A stretch of 64,000 nt of DNA, from NCBI GenBank assembly GCA_047602425.1, contig JASGHG010000001.1, positions 1,280,001 to 1,344,000 of the forward strand, read 5' to 3'. Below the pieces are notes generated by a model. It was not told the DNA's origin and made no database searches. It saw only the letters and a program-made list of their open reading frames with translations. Shown here in pieces: positions 51,640 to 60,400 of the stretch. Source of the DNA: Nibricoccus sp. Lineage in GTDB: Bacteria; Verrucomicrobiota; Verrucomicrobiia; Opitutales; Opitutaceae. Within the stretch, counting starts at the first letter, position 1, and each line of letters begins with the position of its first letter. Made by a program: the position numbers and the translations under genes.

Positions 51640-51800
51640 CCCCCGGCGCGTTGGCCGGTCTTCCGGCTCCGGGCAAACCGTACGATGCTGGTGCAGGAGT
51701 CGCCACCGGCATTTTATTGTTGGGATTTCGTAGGCAGTTCACCCCGGGTCACAGGATATGTGCAGCGATTAGCCGGCTACTGAACCCTTGGCGCACGACA
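51640..51800. ncRNA. Structured intergenic RNA candidate (6S-like or other)
   Basis: Nested helices: TGGCCGGT/GCCGGCTA, CCGGG/CCCGG, TACGA/TCGTA and ATGCTGGTG/CACCGGCAT; no credible ORF. Confidence 0.45.
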
Positions 51801-51933
51801 CGTTTGCAAAACATTGACGCTTTTCTCACAAACCCATGCTTCCGCTGTGCCGATGCTATGGTACAACTTACCTGCTTATCATTCCATCCGTCTTATCCTC
51901 TCGTCCCTCATCACCTGCACGAATCCTCTGAAA

Positions 51934-52713
51934 ATGAAACACCCCCTGTTTCTCATTTCTGCCGCCGCCGTAGGCCTTTTAATTGCCGGCTGCAGCTCCA
52001 CCGCGCCGGCGCCGGTCGCTACCACCGCGCCCGCCAAAACCACCGCCACCCCGGTCAAACCCGTTGAGGCGCCCAAAACCGCTCCGACCGTCACCAAGGT
52101 CGAGGCGCCGCCTCCGCCGGCGCCCGTCGCCACGGAAGCTGAACCAGAAGCCCCCGCCAAAATTTCCCCCGAGGCCGCCGCCCTCGTCGAACGCCTCACC
52201 CAGAATGTGACTGGCGACACGCTTCCGCACGAGCTCACCGATTCCACCGGATTTCCCCAAGCCCTCTCATCCCTCGAAACCGGTGCCCATGCCCCGAAAC
52301 TCGAGGCTGTTGACATGGCCAACCAACCGCCACCGACCGGTCTCACCGCCGATGGCACCAATACTCAGTTGATCGAACGCGATTGGACCGGCCTGGTGCT
52401 TGTCCCGATTTCGACCTCACTCGCCAAAGCCTACACGTCCGAAGTCCGCCTCCTCAAAGTCGAGGCCCATCCGCTCAACGATGGACGCGTGCGCATCTGG
52501 ACCCGCATTCATAACATCGGCAACCGCACCCTCCCCGGCCAAGTCGCGTGCCAGTTCAAAATGAAGGCCATGCCCGCGCCAACCAGCCCCTATTTCTACC
52601 AGCTGGATGTCCCGCCGCACGGCCACCGCGACGTATTCTTCATTTCGCCCGACGGCGCCCTCACTTCTTATACCGTGCTCGTCCGTTCGGAAGATATGAA
52701 GAAAAGCCGCTGA
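51934..52713 (+). CDS. Lipoprotein with a Pro/Ala-rich linker and a C-terminal Ig-like (DUF1425/YcfL-like) domain
   Basis: Lipobox IAGC; C-terminal RVRIWTRIHN...FFISP....YTVLVR. Confidence 0.75.
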   Translation: MKHPLFLISAAAVGLLIAGCSSTAPAPVATTAPAKTTATPVKPVEAPKTAPTVTKVEAPPPPAPVATEAEPEAPAKISPEAAALVERLTQNVTGDTLPHELTDSTGFPQALSSLETGAHAPKLEAVDMANQPPPTGLTADGTNTQLIERDWTGLVLVPISTSLAKAYTSEVRLLKVEAHPLNDGRVRIWTRIHNIGNRTLPGQVACQFKMKAMPAPTSPYFYQLDVPPHGHRDVFFISPDGALTSYTVLVRSEDMKKSR

Positions 52714-52759
52714 GCGTAACGCTAGCGTCCGCTCAAGATTGGCCTAGGCCCCACTCTCC

Positions 52760-52788
52760 AACCCCGTCGGTCCGCCGACGGGGTTTTT
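52760..52788 (+). terminator. Intrinsic terminator
   Basis: AACCCCGTCGG-TCCG-CCGACGGGGTT followed by TTT. Confidence 0.88.
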
Positions 52789-52827
52789 CATGTCCATATT
52801 CCCTTAAGCGCGAGACGACTCATCCTT

Positions 52828-53088
52828 TCCGCGCTGCCCGCTTCGTCCGACTTGTCCTCGTCGCGCCCTGAAGGGCACCCGCTCATCCAACCCTTCGCTT
52901 CGCTCCGGGCGAGCCGCTTAACGCAATCCGCGCGGCCCACCATCTCCGCGCTGCCGCGCTTCGTCCGACTTGTTCTCGTCGCGCCCAAAGGGCACCCGCT
53001 CCTCCAACCCTCCGCTTCGCTCCGGGCGAGCCGCTTAACGCAATCCGCGCGGCTCACCATCTCCGCGCTGCCGCGCTTCGTCCGACTT
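52828..53088. repeat. 117-bp tandem repeat, about 2.2 copies
   Basis: Units start TCCGCGCTGCC at 52828, 52945 and 53062 and are near-identical. Confidence 0.95.
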
Positions 53089-53137
53089 CCGACTTCTGAC
53101 CTCCGACCTCCGGTTTCTGGCCTCTGGCATCTGGTTC
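53082..53137. repeat. Degenerate heptamer tandem array (8 units)
   Basis: CCGACTT CCGACTT CTGACCT CCGACCT CCGGTTT CTGGCCT CTGGCAT CTGGTTC. Confidence 0.85.
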
Positions 53138-53138
53138 G

Positions 53139-54248
53139 TCAACGCATCCGCAGGAAGAAAAAGCCACCTGCTGTCAGCATCACCACGCTCGGCAGCAATG
53201 CCGCCGTCTGCGGTTCGATAACCAGACGCGTGCCCAGCGCATCGGCGGTTTTCATCAGGATAAAATACACCACGAACAGTCCGATCGATTTTGAGACACC
53301 GACCGCCGGATTCACGCGCACGCCGGTCATCGCAAAGGGAATCGCCAGAGCCAACACGATCAGCGGCGAGAGCGTTTCCGCCAGCAGCCCGAAATAACGC
53401 ACGGCGTAGGCCGTGGCTTTCGGGTTATCTTCAATTTTAAAATATTCGATGATGCGGCGCAGATCGTAGAACGAAAGATCGCTCGGCTTGCGGTCAAATA
53501 CCATCATGAGTTCCGGATCCTCGCTGTAATGCGGCATCTTCTTTTCCTGAAAGGCAACGGTTCGGGTAAGTTCGCCCGTCTCCGGATCGAGCCAGGTTTC
53601 CCGCCCATCGTAAAAGGTCCAGCCGCCGTGTTCCTGATGCAGCGCTGTTTTCGCGCGAATGCGCGTCTTCTCACGATGTTTATCGTCGAGCTCTGATACG
53701 GAAACGCCAAATCCGCGCTGTTCGTATTTGCTAAAGCGGTTCATGCACCACATCCGCCGTTGCTTCTGATTGTCGAATGTGATCACGCCCGTCAGGCCGA
53801 CATTCGCCGCCGCCGCCACTTTTGCGTCACTGCGGAATTGAATCTGTTCAAACATTCGACGCGATTCGTCCACCGACCACGGTACAATCGTGGAGTTGAG
53901 CGCATAAACCAGCCCGCAAAACACAAAGCCGGCGAACCAGATGCTGCGCGTGATGCGAAAAACTCCCACGCCCGCCGCGCGCATGGCTGTGATCTCATTG
54001 TTGCGGTGTAGCTGTCCGAGCGAATACAACAGTGAAACCAACAGGGTGAGCGGCAGGATCGTGCCGAAATATCCCGGCACTTTGATCGCAAAGTAGATCA
54101 CCAATTCCATGGCACTCGCACCTCGATCGCGCAAATCGCCAAAATCCTCATACATCGCCTGCATGAGCAAAAGCCCCAACGTGGCGCCCATCACAAGCGC
54201 GAGCGTCATCAGCCATTCGCGCAAAACATGTCGGTCAATGAGGTTCAA
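53139..54248 (-). CDS. LptF/LptG-family LPS export permease
   Basis: Motifs LIDRHVLRE and LGQLHRNNEITAMRAAGV; 3+3 TM layout with a periplasmic domain. Confidence 0.92.
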   Translation of the reverse strand: MNLIDRHVLREWLMTLALVMGATLGLLLMQAMYEDFGDLRDRGASAMELVIYFAIKVPGYFGTILPLTLLVSLLYSLGQLHRNNEITAMRAAGVGVFRITRSIWFAGFVFCGLVYALNSTIVPWSVDESRRMFEQIQFRSDAKVAAAANVGLTGVITFDNQKQRRMWCMNRFSKYEQRGFGVSVSELDDKHREKTRIRAKTALHQEHGGWTFYDGRETWLDPETGELTRTVAFQEKKMPHYSEDPELMMVFDRKPSDLSFYDLRRIIEYFKIEDNPKATAYAVRYFGLLAETLSPLIVLALAIPFAMTGVRVNPAVGVSKSIGLFVVYFILMKTADALGTRLVIEPQTAALLPSVVMLTAGGFFFLRMR

Positions 54249-54320
54249 TTCGCTGCATCAAAACTTCCGCCCGCCATTTGGCAAAACCCAAAAAAACAGG
54301 CAGCACGAAACTTTCGGAAG

Positions 54321-54437
54321 CGCGCATGGACGCGAATAAACGCGAATGCCTGAAGAAAAATCCCCCATCTGCAGCGTTCGTGCATATGCAATCCGCCTTC
54401 TTCCTCAAAAATTCGCGTTTATTCGCGTCCATGCGCG
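54321..54437. repeat. Perfect 27-bp inverted repeat with periodic arms
   Basis: CGCGCATGGACGCGAATAAACGCGAAT (54321-54347) / ATTCGCGTTTATTCGCGTCCATGCGCG (54411-54437). Confidence 0.92.
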
Positions 54438-54542
54438 GTTAAAAAAAACTTCCGAACTGTTCGACATTTTTCCGCCAACCCCCTCGACCCCAGCATTGCC
54501 GTCCCCTCCCGCCCCGGCACACTTCAACTCCCTTTCCCAGCC

Positions 54543-57158
54543 ATGATCTCCCGCCTGCTCCGCCTCGCCCCGCTCGCTTTCGTCACGTTGCTTTCCCTCC
54601 GTGCTGCCGAACCATCTCCCTGGCCCACACCCACCGCCGAGATGAAGCCGTGGACCCGTTGGTGGTGGCCCGCCAGCGCCGTCGACCAGGAAAACCTCAC
54701 GCGCGAGCTCACGTCGTTCGCCGAGGCCGGACTCGGCGGCGTCGAAATCACGCCGATCTATGGCGCGAAAGGTTTCGAAAAACGCTTCATCCCGTTCCTC
54801 TCTCCGCAATATGTCGACATGCTGGCTTTCACCGGCGCTGAAGCCAAGCGCCTCGGCCTCAAAGTCGACATGGCCACCGGCACCGGCTGGCCCTTCGGCG
54901 GACCGCAAGTCACCGCGGCCGACGCCGAGCTCCAAATCGAAGTAAAGGAAGGCCAACTCGTCGCCTCCCCCACCAAGTTCAAGGTCAAACGCTCTGCCCC
55001 CGGCGGCGAGGGCCTCGTCGTCAACCCGTACTCCACCGCCTCGCTCGCCAATTATTTAAAACCCTTCGAAGCCGCCTTCGCCAACCTTCCCAAAGGCACA
55101 ATCAATTCCCAGTTCCACGACTCCTTCGAGTACAAGGCCAACTGGTCCTCCGAGTTCGAGACCAAGTTCAAGGCCATGCACGGCTACGATCTCCGCGACC
55201 ACGCCGCCGAGTTCGGCGGCCAGGGGGAACCAGACGCTATCGCCCGCATCAAATCCGACTACCGCGAAACCCTCAACGCCCTGCACCTCGATTACGTTCG
55301 CGCCTGGGTCGATTGGGCGCACAAAAACGGCCAGCTCGCCCGCAACCAAGCCCACGGCGCCCCCGCCAACCTGCTCGATCTCTACGCACTCTCCGATATT
55401 CCCGAGACCGAGATCTTCGGCTCGCTCGAATATCCCATCCCCGGCTTCCGCAGCACGCCCGACGAACTGAGCTACAACAAACCGCAACCTCTAATCGCCC
55501 GCTTTGCCTCGTCCGCCGCGCACGTCACCGGCAAGAAACTCGTTTCCTCCGAAACCTTCACCTGGCTCCGCCAACATTTCCACGAAGCCCCGTCGCAGAT
55601 GAAGCCCGAGCTCGACCAACTCTTCCTCGCCGGCATCAACCACGTCTTCTACCACGGCACTTGCTATTCGCCCTCCGATGCGCCGTGGCCCGGCTGGCTC
55701 TTCTACGCCTCCACCCAGTACAACGACCGCAATGCCCTCTGGCGCGACCTCGGCGAAGGCCTCAACGCCTACATCACCCGCTGCCAATCGCTCCTCCAAC
55801 AAGGCGAACCCGACACCGACGTCCTCGTCTACTGGCCCGTCTACGACCTCTGGCACAACGCCGAAGGCACCGACATGCGCTTCAGCATGCACGACGCGAA
55901 ATGGATCACGGAAACGTCAGCCGGGAAACTCGCACAGGCTCTTCTGGACGGCGGCACTCAGTTCGATTTTGTTTCCGACGCACAACTCGCTGTTTTAGGT
56001 ACAATGGGAGGTTTGGCAAAGGCAGGAAAAAAAGGCGGGGACGTCCATGATCTTATATTTGTGCCGAAGACAACGCACCTTCCGCCCGCCACGCTAAAGA
56101 TCTTAATCGATCTCGCAGCTGCCGGTGCACGGGTATATTTCGAAGAGAACCTGCCGACAGACGCCCCCGGACTGCAGGATCTTGAGGCACGTCGCAAAGA
56201 GATCGAAAAACAACGCTCGCGTCTCTCGTTCAACGAAAAAATGGAAAATGGCCTGCATCTTGCCTTCATTGGAAACGGAATCGTGGGCATCGGCCCGCGC
56301 GACAATCTCCTCCGCAATGTCCCCCACGAAGAGCTCGCGTCGAAAGGCCTGCAGTTCCTGCGTCGTAGACTACCAAATGGCATGTCGGAGTATTTCGTGG
56401 CCAATCTCCATAACACTCCAGTCGCAGAATGGGTAACACTCAACAGCGGTGGATTTTCCGCGTTGTTGCTCGATCCGCGTACCGGAGCAATCGGCAACGC
56501 TGCCGTACGCAGTTATAAAAACGGCCTCAGTGTTTTTCTCCAACTTGCCCCCGGCGAATCGGTTTTCATTAAAACCCAGCCAAACCGTTCCAAACCGACT
56601 TGGAGCTATGTGCACAACAAAAGTACCCAGACTAACATCGGTCAGTCTTGGTCCGTCACCTTCCTCCGCGGCGGGCCCGAACTACCGCCTGCCTACAAAA
56701 CCTCCGAGCTGAAATCCTGGACCGAGCAAGGCGGCGAAGCCGAGCGCTTCGCCGGCACCGCACGCTACGAGACCGAATTCGAAATCCCCGCCGGCGTCGC
56801 AGCCGACGAATGGCAGCTCGACCTCGGCGACGTCCGCGAGACGGCCCGCGTCTTCGTCAATGGCAAGCAGGTCGAACTCCTCTGGTCGTTGCCCTTCCGC
56901 ACCAAGATCGGCGCGTTCCTCAAGCCCGGCAAAAACACCCTCGCGATCGAAGTCACCAACCTCTCCGCCAACCGCATCCGCGATTTGGACAAGCGCGGTG
57001 TGGTCTGGAAGAATTTCTACGAAATCAATTTCGTAAACCCGCACTACCAGAAGCTCGACGCCTCCACCTGGCCGATCATGCCCTCCGGCCTCCTCGATCC
57101 CGTCACGCTCACTCCCCTCAAAAAATTCGATCCCACTGCAGACCCGAAACAACCATAG
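54543..57158 (+). CDS. GH106 alpha-L-rhamnosidase-like glycoside hydrolase
   Basis: Motifs KPWTRWWW, GLGGVEITPIYG, GTGWPFGGP, FHDSFE, NQAHG, SSETFTW and PSGLL.PV. Confidence 0.9.
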   Translation: MISRLLRLAPLAFVTLLSLRAAEPSPWPTPTAEMKPWTRWWWPASAVDQENLTRELTSFAEAGLGGVEITPIYGAKGFEKRFIPFLSPQYVDMLAFTGAEAKRLGLKVDMATGTGWPFGGPQVTAADAELQIEVKEGQLVASPTKFKVKRSAPGGEGLVVNPYSTASLANYLKPFEAAFANLPKGTINSQFHDSFEYKANWSSEFETKFKAMHGYDLRDHAAEFGGQGEPDAIARIKSDYRETLNALHLDYVRAWVDWAHKNGQLARNQAHGAPANLLDLYALSDIPETEIFGSLEYPIPGFRSTPDELSYNKPQPLIARFASSAAHVTGKKLVSSETFTWLRQHFHEAPSQMKPELDQLFLAGINHVFYHGTCYSPSDAPWPGWLFYASTQYNDRNALWRDLGEGLNAYITRCQSLLQQGEPDTDVLVYWPVYDLWHNAEGTDMRFSMHDAKWITETSAGKLAQALLDGGTQFDFVSDAQLAVLGTMGGLAKAGKKGGDVHDLIFVPKTTHLPPATLKILIDLAAAGARVYFEENLPTDAPGLQDLEARRKEIEKQRSRLSFNEKMENGLHLAFIGNGIVGIGPRDNLLRNVPHEELASKGLQFLRRRLPNGMSEYFVANLHNTPVAEWVTLNSGGFSALLLDPRTGAIGNAAVRSYKNGLSVFLQLAPGESVFIKTQPNRSKPTWSYVHNKSTQTNIGQSWSVTFLRGGPELPPAYKTSELKSWTEQGGEAERFAGTARYETEFEIPAGVAADEWQLDLGDVRETARVFVNGKQVELLWSLPFRTKIGAFLKPGKNTLAIEVTNLSANRIRDLDKRGVVWKNFYEINFVNPHYQKLDASTWPIMPSGLLDPVTLTPLKKFDPTADPKQP

Positions 57159-57226
57159 CCGCACCTCGCCTCGTAAGAAGTAACGACGGCCCCCGTTTGC
57201 TGCCAATCTCCGCCCCTCACCCCGAT

Positions 57227-57357
57227 CCCAGAGTAACCTATTAGGTTACTCTTTAGCTCCCCATGCCACCGCAAGCTATGGGACATTTCCGAGCCATTTT
57301 CTATCCGCCGGTGAGCCTGCGTCTGAACGACAGAGTAACCTATTAGGTTACTCTGGG
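57227..57357. repeat. Pair of TATTA-centred palindromes
   Basis: AGAGTAACCTATTAGGTTACTCT at 57230-57252 and 57332-57354. Confidence 0.92.
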
Positions 57358-57479
57358 CCGGTTCATTTTGCCTTTTCTACGTTTCGCGCCCCTCGAACCG
57401 CCGAGGCCAAAGTCCTCCTCTAAATCGGGGTCAATTTACGCCGATATAGGTGCTTACATTTCACACTAAGATCGGATCA

Positions 57480-60400
57480 ATGTTTTCCCGTTTTCTGCTC
57501 ACCCGTGTCGTCCGCCCGTCGAGTCATGCCGCATATGTCGGCGTGTTCCTGCGCTGCATGACGCTGGCCATCCTGTTGTTATCCATTTTCTCCGGCATAC
57601 CGGTCGCCGCGCAAGACGACAAAATCAGCGATGGGGCGACTCCGGCCAAGATCGTCACCAGCATGCGCGAATTCTGGGGCACGCCGATCGAACTGCGGCA
57701 GGTCCCCCAGCGCTTGCGCATCGAAATCGATATCGTCTACTACGACCCCGAATGGAAAATGATTTGGGGCCGCTGTCAGGGCGAAGGCTACTACATGAGC
57801 GCGGGCGATCGCACTTTCCTGTTCCGAGCCGGGCAACGCATCCTCGCCGAGGGTCCAATGATCCCCACCGAAGGCCCGTCGTTGGCCAATGCTCAAGTCA
57901 CCATTCTTGGCGACACGCCGCCCGCTACACCTGCCGTCGCGACCGACGAAATCGGCAACATCGCAAAATTCCAAAAAAGCGTCGTCTCCCTTGAAGGCTA
58001 CGTCCAACGCCTCACCCGGACCGATGAGCATCACGTCAGCGTCGATATCCTGTGCAATAACATTCTCGTCAATTGCGTCACGCCGGTGTCAAACCAGGAT
58101 ATAACGCCAAATCTCGTCGATTCGCTCGTCCGCGTCACCGGCTTCTACCATGCCAAGACCGACGCTTCCGGCCAGCTCGCCCAGCTCGAAATGTGGGTGC
58201 CCCGCCTTTCCAACTACGAACCCACCGGTTCGATCGTCGACGAGCCTCGTTTTGCCAAGCCTCCCGTTACCACGGTTGAAAATCTCCTCCACGCACCCGC
58301 CGGCCAGCCTGTTCTGGTCCGTGGCGTCGTCCACGAGTTCATCGCCGGCAAATCCGTCTCCGTGCGGGATGCCACCGGCCAGGTGAAAATCCTCACCCGC
58401 CAGACCCGCTACCTTTCGCCAGGTACAACGATCGAAGCCGTCGGTCTTCCTTCGCTCGTCGGCACCAACTGGGCCCTGTCCGACGGCTTCTACCGCATCG
58501 TCAGCTTCGCCCCCGGCACGCAGGATTCCGTCGATGGCGTGATCCGCCTCGCCGAGCAGGTCCTCGCCCTCAATCCCGAACTAGCCGCCACCGGCCAATC
58601 CGTAAAAATCCGCGGAGCCGTGAGCTGGATCCGGGGCAGCGCCGACTATATTTACCTCCAGGACGCCACCGCCGGCATCCGCGTCAATCTGCCGCCCAAA
58701 TTCAAGCCCAGCCGCGGCATGATGAATTCCCTCATGGAAGTGAGCGGAAAGACCATGAGGGGAAATTTTGCCCCCGAGATCGTCGCCGACCAGATCGTCG
58801 CCCTCGGGCCGAGCACCCTTGCAACGCCGCGCCCGATCACGCTCGAACATGCTTTGACCGGTGTCGACGAAAGCCAACTCGTTGAGCTGACCGGCTATCT
58901 CCGCGCCGTGAAACACGAGGGAAACTGGAGCGAACTTTCGCTGACCAGCGCCACCGGCGAATTCGTCGTGCGCCTCCCTCTTTACGAAGAAATTTCCAAG
59001 CTCGTCGGTTCCACCGTCCGCGCCACCGGCGTCTGCGTCGCCCAGACCAATGATCGCCGGGAGCTCACCGGCATCGCCTTGCTCGCCTCCAGCCAGGACG
59101 ACATTAAGGTCGAGGAACCCGCCCCTGCCGATCTATTCGATATCCCTAATCGCACGATTTCCAGTCTTCTCCTCTATAGCCCCATTCAGGCCTTCAACCG
59201 GCGTGTCCGCATCACCGGGCAGGTCATCCACCACGCTCCGGGCCGCTATCTTCATATCCAGGACGGCCTCTCCGGCATGCTCGTGCTCAGTCGCGGCACC
59301 GATCCGCTCAAGCCCGGCGATCACGTTGAAATCTCCGGCCTTCCCGGACGCGATGCCAACCGCCTTGTTCTCCGCGAGGCCGTCTACCGCCGGCTCAAGC
59401 CCGGCGCCGAGCCCGCGCCCACGCCGCTTCCTGTCTCCAGCCGCATCATCAAGGACCTCGACGGCCAGTTGGTCACCGTGCAGGGCCACGTGCTCGAATC
59501 CAACCACGACAAGGAGGAAAATTCCCTGCTCCTTCAAAACAGCGCCACCACCTTCACCGCCAGGCTCGAAAATGCCAAACCACTTACCACGCCCACAGGC
59601 GCGGAGATAAAGATCACCGGCGTCTACCAAGTGGATTTTGACGAATACCGCCAGCCCCGCTCCTTCTATATCCGGCTTCGCACTCCGGCCGACATCTCCA
59701 TCCTCAAAAATCCCGCTTGGTGGACGACCGGCCGCGCCCTGCTCGCCGTCGGGCTGCTCCTCGGAGTCGTCCTACTCTCGTTCACCTGGCTCTCCATCCT
59801 CCGCCGTCGCGTGCAGCAGCAGACCGACCGTATCCGTGAACAGCTTGAAAAGCAGGCCATTCTCGAGGCGCGCCATTCCGACATCGTCGAACACGCCAGC
59901 GATTTCATTTTCACCCTCGATACCACGGGCCGCTTCACCTCGTTCAACTCCGCCGGCGAGCGCATCACCGGCTATTCCCGCGACGAGGCGCTCTCGCTTA
60001 ATATCCGCGATCTCATCGCTCCCGACCATGCCGGCGAGCCGCTTCCCATTTTCGGCCTCCAAGCCGAACTAGACGGTATCGTTAATTTCCAGACCCGTTT
60101 CAAAACCAAGGACAACCGCCTCATCTGGATCGAGACCAATGCCCGCGTTATCCGCCAGCATGGGCAGCCTCCCGGCATCCTCGGCGTCGCCCGCGATATC
60201 ACCGATCGCAAGCAAATCGAAGAAGATCTCCTCCGCGCCCGTGACGCCGCCGAAGCCAACACCCGCGCCAAGTCCGCCTTCCTCGCCAACATGAGCCACG
60301 AGATCCGCACGCCAATGAACGGCGTCATCGGCATGAGCAATCTCCTGCTCAACACCCGTCTCAGCGAAGAGCAGCGCGATTTCGCCGACGCCATCCGCCA

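Noticed and set aside
51653..51670. Cobalamin riboswitch (minus-strand GAGCCGGAAGACCGGCC resembles the B12 box end)
   Set aside because: The other conserved elements (AGGGAA, GCCCCCGCAACTGT, GCCACTG, GGGAAG) are absent, and it would point antisense into potA.
52890..53059. Complete tRNA gene
   Set aside because: Only a stem plus ACCA is present; there is no TTCGA T-loop, D-arm or anticodon arm.
52828..53088. CRISPR array or coding repeat (ORFs 52852-53397 and 52788-53060)
   Set aside because: The whole 117-bp unit repeats with no unique spacers and there are no cas genes; the ORFs look like by-products of a unit length divisible by 3.
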